Under the pieces are notes generated by a model. That model was not told the origin of the DNA. It saw nothing but the letters and a program-made list of their open reading frames with translations, and made no database searches. Positions 27,472 through 37,472 of a DNA stretch of 41,102 nt are shown here, one piece after another (within the stretch, counting starts at the first letter, position 1; every line of letters begins with the position of its first letter). Origin of the DNA: a virus; UHGV virus genome UHGV-0210063; one strand, written 5' to 3'. The position numbers and the translations under genes were made by a program.

Positions 27472-28112
27472 TTGTCGGTATACCTCTCTCGTTTACTCAG
27501 TTGTTCAGGAATATGGTGCAGCAGCTCGCCGTCACCACAGTAAATAGCGGCATGATTCGGCACCGATGAACCAAAGCAGCACAGCAGCACATCGCCCGGC
27601 TGCGCCGCTGACAACGGCACCTGATACAGCCCTGTGGCCTCCAGATTATCAAGATAGAGATTCTGGCCGTTACGCCACCAGTCATCCTCACGATGAAAGT
27701 CCGGCATCTCAATCCCCGCCAGATGGTAAGCGTCCCGGAACAGCGTGTAACAGTCCGTCACCCCGTGCTCAAAGCGCCGCCCGGTGAGATGCGGCACACA
27801 GCGGAACTTATGAATCGCCCCCCGGCAGACCAGCCACCACGGCAAATCACTCTGCACCTGCAGCCGCCGGTCGGCCTCACTCAGCCAGGGCAGACCACCG
27901 GGATGACTGTGGACCAGCGCCACAATCTCACCCTGCATCTCTGCCTGCAGCCAGTCCTCCGGAGCCATCCGGAAATACGCCTCCGGCTCACCGGAGATAT
28001 TCACGCAGGGAAAATATCTTTCCCCCTCCGGCGCTCTCACCACGAAGCCGCACGACTCCGCTGGCGCACATCGCCGGGCATGCGCCAGAATCGCTGATTC
28101 TGTCTCTGTCAT
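27369..28112 (-). CDS. K: Tail assembly protein K (MPN/JAB plus NlpC/P60 domains)
   Basis: HSHP motif (ALVHSHPGG) and Cys/His peptidase region. Confidence 0.8.
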   Translation of the reverse strand: MTETESAILAHARRCAPAESCGFVVRAPEGERYFPCVNISGEPEAYFRMAPEDWLQAEMQGEIVALVHSHPGGLPWLSEADRRLQVQSDLPWWLVCRGAIHKFRCVPHLTGRRFEHGVTDCYTLFRDAYHLAGIEMPDFHREDDWWRNGQNLYLDNLEATGLYQVPLSAAQPGDVLLCCFGSSVPNHAAIYCGDGELLHHIPEQLSKRERYTDKWQRRTHSLWRHRAWRASAFTGIYNDLAAASTFV

Positions 28113-28117
28113 GGGAT

Positions 28118-28816
28118 TTACTGCGAAAGTTTGTTAATGGAAAGGAAGCCGCCAAAGTTGCCGACGTTATTGCGAAACTTACAGCCGCTCAGGCATTTGC
28201 TGCATTTATCCTTCGTGATATCGGAAGTCGGCTGATCATATTCATCCGCGACCGCCGGACCGTGATAACCGCACTCATCACCGCGATAGGTCCAGGTGCA
28301 GGTATTAGCCAGCATGATGCGCCCCGGAAAAACGGCACCATCCGTTTCCGTCGGTGTGGACAGTACAAAGGAGGCACTGACCGCACTCAGTTCGCTGCAC
28401 TGCTCGATGCGCCAGCGGCTGATCACCTCCTGCTCCGGATCGGCGTCGCTGTTTCCGTTGACGAAGTTCACCGCATCCAGAAAACGGGCGTAAACCTTAC
28501 GCCTGACCACCGTTCCGCCGACCAGACTCTGCAGATCTTCCACCATCCCGGTGACCATGCCGTACAGGTTAGAGACTTTAAGCGTTGGCCTTGCACTGGC
28601 TCCTTTGCCGTTCATCTCAAATCCGCTTCCCTGAATGGGATAAGCCTGATACTGCCGCCCCTGCCAGGTGACTGGTTCACCTTTTTCGTTCTGCTCATTA
28701 CAGAAGAAATAACGATCTCCGACGACCTCTGTCAGATCAATTTCCCAGAGCACGACCAGCGCGGATTGCTCCGTTTTAGTGCACTCATTGAGTGTTTCCT
28801 GCTGTATATCCTGCAT
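28118..28816 (-). CDS. L: Minor tail protein L
   Basis: 232 aa between M and K; conserved Cys cluster near C-terminus. Confidence 0.8.
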   Translation of the reverse strand: MQDIQQETLNECTKTEQSALVVLWEIDLTEVVGDRYFFCNEQNEKGEPVTWQGRQYQAYPIQGSGFEMNGKGASARPTLKVSNLYGMVTGMVEDLQSLVGGTVVRRKVYARFLDAVNFVNGNSDADPEQEVISRWRIEQCSELSAVSASFVLSTPTETDGAVFPGRIMLANTCTWTYRGDECGYHGPAVADEYDQPTSDITKDKCSKCLSGCKFRNNVGNFGGFLSINKLSQ

Positions 28817-29172
28817 CAGTGAGTGACCTCTTCAAAGGTACAGTTAAAATCGGTATACATGGCATTATCCGAAATGCTCCACTCCCTGCAGACAACCCGG
28901 ACAGTCCTGTTGTGTTTTGGCGGACGCCACAAAAAAGCACGAATCCCGGCATGACGGGATAAAAAACTGTCCAGCGCGGCACGGGAATATTCATCTGTGA
29001 CACGAAATACCGGTTTAAACGTTTTCAGATCCGCATTCAGACCACCAGCCCGTCGCTGTTCATATCCGTCACCAAACTTTACCGTAATAACTGATGGCTT
29101 TCGTGTCGTCTCCATCCCCTCACGGGGGATCCAGTTAAAAACTTCAGGCTCAGGCACTGTACAATCCTCCAT
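28816..29172 (-). CDS. M: Minor tail protein M
   Basis: Lambda M-like (VKFGDGYEQRRAGGLNADLKT...); ORF track start 29202, internal start 29172 proposed. Confidence 0.7.
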   Translation of the reverse strand: MEDCTVPEPEVFNWIPREGMETTRKPSVITVKFGDGYEQRRAGGLNADLKTFKPVFRVTDEYSRAALDSFLSRHAGIRAFLWRPPKHNRTVRVVCREWSISDNAMYTDFNCTFEEVTH

Positions 29173-32100
29173 CCCGACGCGATGACTGCATAATTGACAC
29201 AACCCTGCTGTCGATCAGATCCACCAGTCCCCTGGCTGAGCGCGCATCTATCTCGCCATTGCTCCCTTGATTCTGAATGCTGATGTGATACACGGGAGAA
29301 TAAACAAATCCACCGCCACCATTCACATTTCCAATGGCCCTGACCCCAAGAGAGCCGTCCGCTGCCCGTGTCAGTGGCATGATTGCTTCAGGCCCGGCCT
29401 CGCCCATCAACCCGGCACCTTTCGCAAAAGCAAAATACGTCGGTGTATCCACAATAGTGTTACTGTAAGCACTCAGATTTGCCGATGTGTAAACACCACC
29501 TTTTGCGTTTGCCACTGCCCCCGAAATCCATCCGCCGACCGTACCAAGCCACCCTCCGGCACCGGAGAGTGATTTCAGTCCGTTAACAATGGCTGCATTC
29601 ATCAGAATTTTTGAAACTTCCCGGAGAACTGAACTCCCCCAGTTCCTCCAGTCCACAACATTCCCGGCCAGTGCATCGGAAATATTTGATACCAGCCCGT
29701 CCATCGTGGAAACGACAGCATCTGCCGCCTGTGAAGCATAATCGGTGGCACTGTCTGCCCAGTTGGTCAGTCCCTCCTGGAGTCCGGCATTCCAGTTATT
29801 ACGTAAAGCATCGGCCTTTGCATAATAATCCTGCTGATCACTGAGACGCTCTTCCAGATATTTTTTATTCAGTTCTTTCTCCTGTTTCCACAGGGCTTCT
29901 TCAATTTCTCCGGCCTGATACTGTCTCAGCAGCTCGTTATTTTTCTGCTCAAACGCCTGCCGGATACTCCACATTTCCTGGAGTCGTTCACGCATCCGTG
30001 AGCCTTCACCATATCCCAGCAACTGCGCTTCGTCAGATGCCCGGGCACTGGCATTACTGTCCGCCAGACTGCTCTCATACGCAGCAAGCTGCTCACGAAT
30101 CTTTTTCTGGTCGATGAGTGCTGCATTCTGCAAAAGCGTTTTTTTCTGCGCTTCTGACAGGGTTGATAATTCGCCCTGACTGACCTGATATTTCATCTTA
30201 GCCAGTTCAGTATTCTGCCCTGCCAGTGCTATTTGTTCTTTTTGCTGTTTAATCAGCCGTTTATAAATATCTTCTGTTTTTTCCGCTTCGGTCTTTTTAT
30301 GCGCTTTGGGTTTATTTACCTGGTTATTTCGCCAGGCATCCAGTGAGGTATTGATATAATTCTGTCTGGCTGTCTGATACGCCTCTCCCACAAAGCCGAG
30401 ATCATCCGCAGCATAACCCAGGCGGGCACGCTCACGGGCTTCCCCCTTCAGGCGGGACAGAGCCAGTTCGCGCTCGCTGTTATTCAGTGCGGTCTGCTGT
30501 TTATCATCCAGGGTTGCCTGTGGTAGCCGTAACGGTACATTCACCAGCCCCTGTCGCTGCTGAAGTAATTCATTACCGAGCCCGAGAAGGCGATTAAACT
30601 CGGTATGCTGCCCATTCATGATCAACAGGGACTGATACGCTTTGTTTTGTTCCGCGGCCTGTTGACGGATCAACGCCACCCGTCGCTCCTCCAGCCCGGC
30701 AAGCACATCCTGAATGGATTGCGCTTTGCCCTGCATTTGTGTGAGACGGGACTGTTCAACTGCCAGTTGATTTGTTGCTTCTGCAAGCCCTTCTGTGACA
30801 GTTTTTACCGACGTCATGTGGTTAATCATAAAACCGTTATCGGTTGTCCAGCCCGGGTTTGCCAGCACATACTGATAGCCAGCAATTTTTTCCTGTAAGG
30901 ATTTAATCTTACTTTTCTGCTCGTCAATTAACCTGTTTTGCTCATCAAGTGCCTGCCGCGTCTTTTCCTCATTATCTGACGCTTCAGGAAGCGACATTGC
31001 CGACGTTTTCTGGCGAATTTCGTCGATTGTTGCGGCATACTGGCGTGCAGATTCTCTGGCCTGCTCCTGATTCTGATACATCGTGTACCAGGCCGTCGCC
31101 CCCAGCATGACGAGTCCCGGCACACCACCAACCAACCCCAGCGCACCACTTAACAGACGACTCCCCACTGACGTGACAGTATTCAGCGTTGTCTGTGCCG
31201 CTGTTCTGGCCGCAATATTACGGGTAAGTGACGCCTGGGCAGCTGTCAGCTTCGCTTCTGCTGCGGCCTGCCTTTCGGTACCGCGAGCAGCAACAACCGC
31301 CTGTTGCGCACGATAAACCGCCGCACGCGCCCTGGCGGTTGCTATCTGTGTCCCCCGAAGTTGCGCTTCAGCAAGAGCCACTTCGTTTCTGGCTGCAGTA
31401 ATTAATCCAGCAGTTGCAGATCCAGCAGACGACGCCATATTGCCAAAATATCGGGCTACCCCGACGGCAACCAGTGCGCCAGCTGCAGCAGCCACGGTAT
31501 CAATATTGTCTGCAACACCATTCAACACCCCGGTGAGTGTCTTTGTCACTCCGCTTGCCTCGTTCGCACCACCAACCCAGGCCATAAAGGCGTTTTCAAC
31601 TTTGGTTGCAGAGGATGAAACAGTATCAGGCATTGCTGCATATTCATCACGCAACGCCCCAAGCTGACTAATCAGTGCAGGAACAACCTTATCGGCGGTC
31701 AGTTTTCCGTTATCCGCCATGGCCTTCAGATCCTTACGGGCAACACCCATTCCCGCAGCCAGCGCACGAATAACACGATCGCCGTTCTCATTCACAGAGT
31801 TAAATTCTTCACCGCGCAGCACTCCCTGCGCCAGTGCCTGACTGAACTGCGTGATCACCGAACTGGCTTCTGCTGTACTGGCACCGGATAATTTCAGGCC
31901 CGTGGAGATCGCCTCGGTGACTTTCAGTACCTCCTCAGAACTGTAGCCATACTCCCGCATGGAAGCTGCAGAGCGGGCAAAAAGGCTGGCGTTATCAGAA
32001 AACGCCGTTCCCGTTCTCTGGCTGATTGCCATTAATTCACGTTGTGATACCTGAAAATCATCACTGGACTGTGAAGCCTGCTTCAGACGGGCATTTACTG

Positions 32101-32383
32101 AATTCCACTCATCGGCGAGAGAAATAAGATGACCGGTAGCAAAAGCTCCGGCAAATGCCCCCGCCATATTCAGTGCCGAAGATTTAGCTGTATTTATCTG
32201 ATCCGTCACTTCTGCCAGTGCACGCCGCATTTCACGGGATGCAGCAGCGGACTGCCGGCCTCCGTTCTGCATGGTACGGTAGTAATCCTGCCCCATACGC
32301 GAAGCCCGGGAGATCTCTGACTGGAATGACCGGGAATTTGCCGAGATTTTAATAATCAGTTCACGTAATGTCGCCACACTCAT
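29150..32383 (-). CDS. H: Tail tape measure protein H
   Basis: 1077 aa, largely alpha-helical, after the G/T chaperone genes. Confidence 0.9.
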   Translation of the reverse strand: MSVATLRELIIKISANSRSFQSEISRASRMGQDYYRTMQNGGRQSAAASREMRRALAEVTDQINTAKSSALNMAGAFAGAFATGHLISLADEWNSVNARLKQASQSSDDFQVSQRELMAISQRTGTAFSDNASLFARSAASMREYGYSSEEVLKVTEAISTGLKLSGASTAEASSVITQFSQALAQGVLRGEEFNSVNENGDRVIRALAAGMGVARKDLKAMADNGKLTADKVVPALISQLGALRDEYAAMPDTVSSSATKVENAFMAWVGGANEASGVTKTLTGVLNGVADNIDTVAAAAGALVAVGVARYFGNMASSAGSATAGLITAARNEVALAEAQLRGTQIATARARAAVYRAQQAVVAARGTERQAAAEAKLTAAQASLTRNIAARTAAQTTLNTVTSVGSRLLSGALGLVGGVPGLVMLGATAWYTMYQNQEQARESARQYAATIDEIRQKTSAMSLPEASDNEEKTRQALDEQNRLIDEQKSKIKSLQEKIAGYQYVLANPGWTTDNGFMINHMTSVKTVTEGLAEATNQLAVEQSRLTQMQGKAQSIQDVLAGLEERRVALIRQQAAEQNKAYQSLLIMNGQHTEFNRLLGLGNELLQQRQGLVNVPLRLPQATLDDKQQTALNNSERELALSRLKGEARERARLGYAADDLGFVGEAYQTARQNYINTSLDAWRNNQVNKPKAHKKTEAEKTEDIYKRLIKQQKEQIALAGQNTELAKMKYQVSQGELSTLSEAQKKTLLQNAALIDQKKIREQLAAYESSLADSNASARASDEAQLLGYGEGSRMRERLQEMWSIRQAFEQKNNELLRQYQAGEIEEALWKQEKELNKKYLEERLSDQQDYYAKADALRNNWNAGLQEGLTNWADSATDYASQAADAVVSTMDGLVSNISDALAGNVVDWRNWGSSVLREVSKILMNAAIVNGLKSLSGAGGWLGTVGGWISGAVANAKGGVYTSANLSAYSNTIVDTPTYFAFAKGAGLMGEAGPEAIMPLTRAADGSLGVRAIGNVNGGGGFVYSPVYHISIQNQGSNGEIDARSARGLVDLIDSRVVSIMQSSRRDGGLYSA

Positions 32384-32389
32384 TCTCCG

Positions 32390-32415
32390 GACGAAAAAAA
32401 CCGCCGAAGCGGTTA
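32390..32415 (-). terminator. UUCG-tetraloop hairpin plus T-run between T and H (attenuator/terminator)
   Basis: Minus strand ACCGC-TTCG-GCGGT followed by TTTTTTT. Confidence 0.45.
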
Positions 32416-32422
32416 TGTTGAC

Positions 32423-32734
32423 TCACTGAGACACTATTAAAAGCGCGTTTTCCAGTCCGGCAAATGGATCTGAGACGCCTTCTGTCTGCTCTTGTTCCCA
32501 CTGAAGAAGCGCATCATTCAGTGGGACTTTGACACCCTGCGCACCGTAAACCGCAGAAACTATCTGGGCAGCCCGGATATCAGCCCGCTCGTCACCCAGC
32601 GGGCTGAACCTGTCAAATTCTGCCCACATCATGATTTCTGATGCGGACATTTCCCGGCGTAACTCTGACAATGTGCGCCCCATCCTGAGCGCCAGCATCA
32701 TCAGAAAACGCATCCCCGGAAGCTCTACTTTTTT
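32423..32734 (-). CDS. T: Tail assembly chaperone T segment (expressed as G-T fusion by -1 frameshift)
   Basis: Reading frame continuous with G after a -1 shift at the A8 run; ...VELPGMRFLMMLALRMGRTLSELRREM... Confidence 0.7.
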   Translation of the reverse strand, partial: KKVELPGMRFLMMLALRMGRTLSELRREMSASEIMMWAEFDRFSPLGDERADIRAAQIVSAVYGAQGVKVPLNDALLQWEQEQTEGVSDPFAGLENALLIVSQ

Positions 32735-33111
32735 TTAACCTCGCCGGCATCACAGATCAGTTCCAGAGACTGCCGAAGAAGCCGCGCATGCACCGGGCCA
32801 TACACGGCAATCACCTGTTCACGATCATCCTCTGAAAATACAGGTTGCAGTCCGGTATCACACAGAACATCAATGAACAGTTCAACATCTGCCTCCAGAT
32901 TTCGGCGGGCGCGCTCCGCAACGGATAACGGTGTCTCATCATCTTTTGCTTTAACGATCTCCTGCCAGCGCAACCAGGCTTCTGCAGAAGGTTCCCGTAA
33001 TACAACCGTTGCCCCTTCCCATTCAGGCACATCAACAGTTTTATGGCGAAACCCCGACATCGTTGCCAGTGCCAGATTGCGGATATTTTTAGTCATCACA
33101 TCTATCCTCAT
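32725..33111 (-). CDS. G: Tail assembly chaperone G
   Basis: 128 aa between major tail protein and tape measure; ends at slippery A-run. Confidence 0.8.
   Translation of the reverse strand: MRIDVMTKNIRNLALATMSGFRHKTVDVPEWEGATVVLREPSAEAWLRWQEIVKAKDDETPLSVAERARRNLEADVELFIDVLCDTGLQPVFSEDDREQVIAVYGPVHARLLRQSLELICDAGEVKKK
32729..32736 (-). other. Programmed -1 ribosomal frameshift site (slippery A AAA AAG)
   Basis: Run of 8 A on minus strand at the end of G, with the T frame open in -1. Confidence 0.65.
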
Positions 33112-33815
33112 TAACTGACGGTAACAGTGCAGGAAGTGGAGGTCACCTTGTTAACAGGGCTTGCTGAATCAGAAATCTCGCAGGTATACGCACCAGCATC
33201 ACCTGATGCTGCTGATGCCTTACTGAATGTTGCCGCCGTCTGTCCGGAAACAGGAGAACTACCTTTCTTCCAGACATAAGAATAAGGCGGCACACCACCG
33301 GCAGCCTCAACCACCATTTCGAGTTTCGCTCCGGCAGAAACCTGCAGCGTGCTGTTTAAATCGACCTTCACTTTCAGCGGCTCTGTCGTCAGCACAGGTT
33401 TACCTTTCAGGCGCAGGGAAAACGTTGCAGCCACAACACCATTAGTTCCTGCAGACCAGGTATGCTGACGCACCTCTGCCATAAAGGTAAATCCGTTGCC
33501 TGACGGAAAAATAACTTTAAAGCCATACGTGGTGTCATTGTCATAGGCACTGCGCAACGCGTTCTGGGCAGCATTGAGGTAAAAGTTGCCTGACATGGAA
33601 ATCTCTGACGCGGCACCAAGGCCGTTAATATTTTCCTGCTCAACAGAACACAGCGTGGTGACATCAATATCCTGCTTTTGTCCTGCGGTAAACTGCACCT
33701 CTTTGATTGTACAGCTCAGGCCAAGATAGCTGGCAGAATCCAGGGTTTCTGCTGTTACCGGTGCAGACGAAATCATAATTTTCGTCAGTTGCGAACGCTC
33801 AAAATTAGAGGACAT
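33111..33815 (-). CDS. V: Major tail protein V with C-terminal Ig-like domain
   Basis: Start at MSSNFER with GGAG ribosome-binding site (ORF track begins 33866); C-terminal Ig-like segment (GGVPPYSYVWKKG). Confidence 0.8.
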   Translation of the reverse strand: MSSNFERSQLTKIMISSAPVTAETLDSASYLGLSCTIKEVQFTAGQKQDIDVTTLCSVEQENINGLGAASEISMSGNFYLNAAQNALRSAYDNDTTYGFKVIFPSGNGFTFMAEVRQHTWSAGTNGVVAATFSLRLKGKPVLTTEPLKVKVDLNSTLQVSAGAKLEMVVEAAGGVPPYSYVWKKGSSPVSGQTAATFSKASAASGDAGAYTCEISDSASPVNKVTSTSCTVTVS

Positions 33816-33874
33816 ACTCGTCTCCTGAAAATAAAAAACCCGCCAGCGGCGGGTGGGTAAAATCATTAACGACC

Positions 33875-34219
33875 TCAGGCTATTACCTGAAATTCAAGCG
33901 TGGCTCTGCTCAGACGGGAATCAGGATCATAACCCTGAGTTTTAGAAATAACGGAGGGTGCAAGTTGCCTTACCGCATCAAGCGCCTGCTCACGGATATC
34001 ATCTGCGTCATCAGGTACTGTTGCCCAGACATCGATCTGCACGGTAATTCTGGATTCAGCCTGACCATCAAGCACATCAGACGCAGTGTCAGACACCACA
34101 GAAAATACCAGCCATGGCGGAGATACCGCAGGCTTTCCCTCCGTCAGCGGGACCACATAAGGATAAACCTGTCCTCCGGCCAGTTGAGACAGCAGGGAAT
34201 ACAGTGTGGTCTCTCTCAT
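33875..34219 (-). CDS. Tail terminator / tail completion protein (U-like)
   Basis: 114 aa immediately upstream of major tail gene. Confidence 0.6.
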   Translation of the reverse strand: MRETTLYSLLSQLAGGQVYPYVVPLTEGKPAVSPPWLVFSVVSDTASDVLDGQAESRITVQIDVWATVPDDADDIREQALDAVRQLAPSVISKTQGYDPDSRLSRATLEFQVIA

Positions 34220-34665
34220 TTACTTAAGACCTCATCAATAGCCTGATTCATTCGCTGTATGGCAATCTGTGCTGCCAGTTCCTCTGTCGTATCGAAAGCC
34301 GGGCGAATGAACGGATGCGCGGGCATGTTTATCGTTCCCAGCTCCACAAAGCGCCAGTAAAACGCATTTCGGGGATCACTGGCTTTCATGCTGTTATCAC
34401 TGTTTCCGGTTCGCAGGTTCCGTCCACGAATGTGGACACCCGAGATAATTTCCCCGCGACGCTTTGAACGCTGAGTGAGAACAACCACATTTTTCTTCAG
34501 TTTCCCGGTTCGCTCCGGCGCACGTTCAACAACTGCATCCCGCATAACTTCAGCACCGGCACGGGTGGCATCGCGCAGTACCTTATTATTTTCTGCCCTG
34601 CTGAGCGTCTCCAGATCCCGTGCAATATCCGCCAGACCTGAAAAATCAAGACTGAAATCCATCAC
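34216..34665 (-). CDS. Head-tail joining protein (HK97 gp10-like)
   Basis: 149 aa, position and size in HK97-like module. Confidence 0.6.
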   Translation of the reverse strand: MMDFSLDFSGLADIARDLETLSRAENNKVLRDATRAGAEVMRDAVVERAPERTGKLKKNVVVLTQRSKRRGEIISGVHIRGRNLRTGNSDNSMKASDPRNAFYWRFVELGTINMPAHPFIRPAFDTTEELAAQIAIQRMNQAIDEVLSK

Positions 34666-35000
34666 ACATTCCCCTTCTGAGAACAGAGTATCTCAAGCCG
34701 TGTGGCACGAGCATCCGGTATCGGCGGACCGTCTATACTCAGAATCGCGCCTTTGAATGCACCAGTCAGCACTTTCAGACATGAAGTTGCTGTTACATCT
34801 CGCCGGAATCTCATCCAGACCCTCACTGTAGCCTGAGCAGTTTCTGCGCCTCCGGATATTCTCTCCCTGCCACTGATCCCCTTAACTTCTGCCCATATGG
34901 TTGCCCCCTCCGTCATTGTTTCCACAGGGTGCCCTGACGGAGACCGAACGGTGGTGGCATTTAGAATAACCACACGATCACGTAATCTTCCTGCCTGCAT
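34662..35000 (-). CDS. Head closure / head-tail adaptor protein
   Basis: 112 aa in conserved head-tail gene block. Confidence 0.6.
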   Translation of the reverse strand: MQAGRLRDRVVILNATTVRSPSGHPVETMTEGATIWAEVKGISGRERISGGAETAQATVRVWMRFRRDVTATSCLKVLTGAFKGAILSIDGPPIPDARATRLEILCSQKGNV

Positions 35001-35008
35001 GAATCCTC

Positions 35009-35314
35009 CTATGTTCCGGGATGAAATCGATACATCCGCAGTCCGGTATAGAAAAAATCAGGCACTGCATCCTGCATTTCCCTGTTCTCGTACCAGTAGC
35101 CAACCAGTTGCATAAGACGCAGTTTTATCAGAGGTGTTATTACAAGCCCGGTCGTATCCTGCTCAGAAACAGTTTCATCGTAAAGCGTCCGGTTTAAAAA
35201 CTTTTCAGCCTCTTCCCTGGCAGCAGCCAGATACATCATAAGAAGAGAATTCTCCTGTTCATTGTCATCATCAATCCGGCACTGAACACGAAGCTCTTCC
35301 AGAGTGGGCATCAT
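35009..35314 (-). CDS. Head-tail connector protein (gp6-like)
   Basis: 101 aa, acidic, downstream of capsid gene. Confidence 0.6.
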   Translation of the reverse strand: MMPTLEELRVQCRIDDDNEQENSLLMMYLAAAREEAEKFLNRTLYDETVSEQDTTGLVITPLIKLRLMQLVGYWYENREMQDAVPDFFYTGLRMYRFHPGT

Positions 35315-35325
35315 TTGGGCAACCT

Positions 35326-35514
35326 CTATGAATGCTGTTTTTTAGACTTATCAGCCCCCCGCGCAACAGGTGTTCTCTTATCAGAGACAATCCCAGCTGC
35401 AGTGGCAATTTCGCGTACCCGTTCGGGTAATTCTTTATCTTCATACTCACCGGCCCGAATAATCTCAACACGCATACCGTCCGGTGACCATTTCAGATCT
35501 TGTTTCAGGATCAT
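35326..35514 (-). CDS. Small hypothetical protein (62 aa)
   Basis: Short ORF between capsid and connector genes. Confidence 0.35.
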   Translation of the reverse strand: MILKQDLKWSPDGMRVEIIRAGEYEDKELPERVREIATAAGIVSDKRTPVARGADKSKKQHS

Positions 35515-35565
35515 GATTCTTTCACCTGTCAGAACAGGGGGCGCACTTCTGCGCCCCCTGAATGA

Positions 35566-36771
35566 TTACGCCGCTGCAATCTTCAGCAGTTTGATGGCCT
35601 GCGAATCGACCAGCATCCCGCCGGTGCGCTTGGTGGTATAAAAACCGACAAACGGTTTATTGGTGTACGGGTCACGCAGAATGCGGGTGCCGATACGGTC
35701 AACGATGGTGTAACCCCGTTTGAAGTTACCAAATGCAATGGCTTTCGCATCAGCGGCGATATCCGGCATCTGTTCGTTTTCAGCGATACCGTAACCCGCC
35801 AGAGAGGACGGCTGCCCCAGTTCCAGCCCCGGACGCCACAGATAGTTACCCTCGGTGTCTTTCAGCAGACGGATGGCAAACAGGCTGTTGTTGTTCATCA
35901 TGAACTTCGCGCCAGTGCGGTGTGCCTTTCGCAGCGTGTAAATCAGTTTGATAATGGCGTCTGCGGTCACCGCAGTCGCGTCGCCGGATACAATATGCTG
36001 AAGTTTGCCGAACGCCCGGACCTTATCGGTTTCATCCGTGGATTCATACGCCAGGAACCCTTTCGGCTTCTTGGTACCATCGCCGGTGGTAAAGGCAATT
36101 TCTTCCTGTTCGGCAAATTCGGTTGCCAGCTCGCTGTTGATCCAGGCCTCCACGTTGAAAAAGGCATCATCCAGCATTTTCTGGGTGGCCTGCGGGTTAC
36201 CGTAGATTTCCCCCATGAAAGGTTCAATCAGCCCCAGTTTTGAGGTGGCAGTCTGGGAGCGCGCGTCAGTCTCGCCAACCCATCCGGAATCCGTGCCGCC
36301 CAGATTCACCAGTTTTTTGTAGTCGGAACCACCAACGGTGATCACCGTGGCTTCCTGACGCATCACCACTTCATCTTTCAGCAAGGTCAGAATGTTGCGA
36401 TCCAGCGCTTCCGGCACGGCATAGCCACCGTCTTCATCGGTGCCCACCTGTAATGCCTTGCGCTCCAGATCGCGCAGACCATCTTCACGGCCTTTACGCA
36501 GGAAGCCCACAAACGCTTCTTTATGCTCGGTGGCCAGTTTATTTTGCGCACCACCTGCCGGACGTTTCAGCTCAAGCAGCTCTTTTTCAAGGTCGCTTTT
36601 GAGATTTTCCAGCTCGCTGAGTTTTCCGTTCAGGGTTTCCACCTGCCCGGCAAGTTTGCCTTTTTCCTGCTCAATCGCCTCAACGCGCTTGTCGTTCTTT
36701 GCTTTGAAGTCGTCAAACTTCTGCTGCAGCTCCTGCGCGACCTGTTCGACATCTTTAATATCAACCGCCAT
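35566..36771 (-). CDS. Major capsid protein, HK97 family
   Basis: 401 aa; N-terminal coiled-coil delta domain then HK97-fold-like region; follows prohead protease. Confidence 0.85.
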   Translation of the reverse strand: MAVDIKDVEQVAQELQQKFDDFKAKNDKRVEAIEQEKGKLAGQVETLNGKLSELENLKSDLEKELLELKRPAGGAQNKLATEHKEAFVGFLRKGREDGLRDLERKALQVGTDEDGGYAVPEALDRNILTLLKDEVVMRQEATVITVGGSDYKKLVNLGGTDSGWVGETDARSQTATSKLGLIEPFMGEIYGNPQATQKMLDDAFFNVEAWINSELATEFAEQEEIAFTTGDGTKKPKGFLAYESTDETDKVRAFGKLQHIVSGDATAVTADAIIKLIYTLRKAHRTGAKFMMNNNSLFAIRLLKDTEGNYLWRPGLELGQPSSLAGYGIAENEQMPDIAADAKAIAFGNFKRGYTIVDRIGTRILRDPYTNKPFVGFYTTKRTGGMLVDSQAIKLLKIAAA

Positions 36772-36785
36772 CGTATTTCTCCTGA

Positions 36786-37472
36786 TTAGAAGTTCAGATT
36801 TTTCAGTGCATTCAGTGCAGAGCCCACATCCTCAGCGTCGCGCAGGGACAGTGCGCCATAGCCCCCGGCCATGAATGCTTTGGCCTGGGTACGGGAGAGT
36901 CCGACATCACGCAGGACTCTTTCGATTTTTTTCTGTTCGGGGATTTCCCCGCGGGCCAGTGCGTTCTTGACGTCGCTGATCCGCGCCTCGTCGTTAGACG
37001 GGAATGTCACCAGACTGACTTCCCAGAGGTCGATTTCTTTCAGCAGAAAGGCTTCTTTCGTCCGGTCGTATTCCCAGTCCTTCAGGACGTACCCAATAGA
37101 AAGGCCGGTTAACGAACCGGCCTTCATGTGTGCATGTGCGCGTTTTGCCAGGGGATCATCATCAATGAGCAACCGCCCCCTGACGTAAAGCCCGACATCG
37201 TCTTCCTTCATTTCGGTGTAAACACCGATGGGCTCATCCATGCGGTGCTGCCAGAGCAGCGCAGGTAACGCTTTTCTGTCACTCCACGCCCGCAGGGAAG
37301 CAGCAAATGCCCCGGACATCACCACATCATCGTGGCTGTCCTTTACACCAAAGACGGAGCCATACCCTTCAAACTCACCGGAGTCACTGACAGATTTCAG
37401 ACTCAGCGGTACATCAAGACGTTGTTTCGTCTGCATTGGCGTTATCCTTCTGCTTACCGGCTTTACTGCCAT
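36786..37472 (-). CDS. Prohead protease (HK97 family)
   Basis: 228 aa between portal and capsid; FEGYGSVFG...D...GAF pattern. Confidence 0.8.
   Translation of the reverse strand: MAVKPVSRRITPMQTKQRLDVPLSLKSVSDSGEFEGYGSVFGVKDSHDDVVMSGAFAASLRAWSDRKALPALLWQHRMDEPIGVYTEMKEDDVGLYVRGRLLIDDDPLAKRAHAHMKAGSLTGLSIGYVLKDWEYDRTKEAFLLKEIDLWEVSLVTFPSNDEARISDVKNALARGEIPEQKKIERVLRDVGLSRTQAKAFMAGGYGALSLRDAEDVGSALNALKNLNF

Noticed and set aside
36440-36874. 144-aa Ser/Arg-rich plus-strand ORF
   Set aside because: Antisense to the capsid and protease genes; low complexity.
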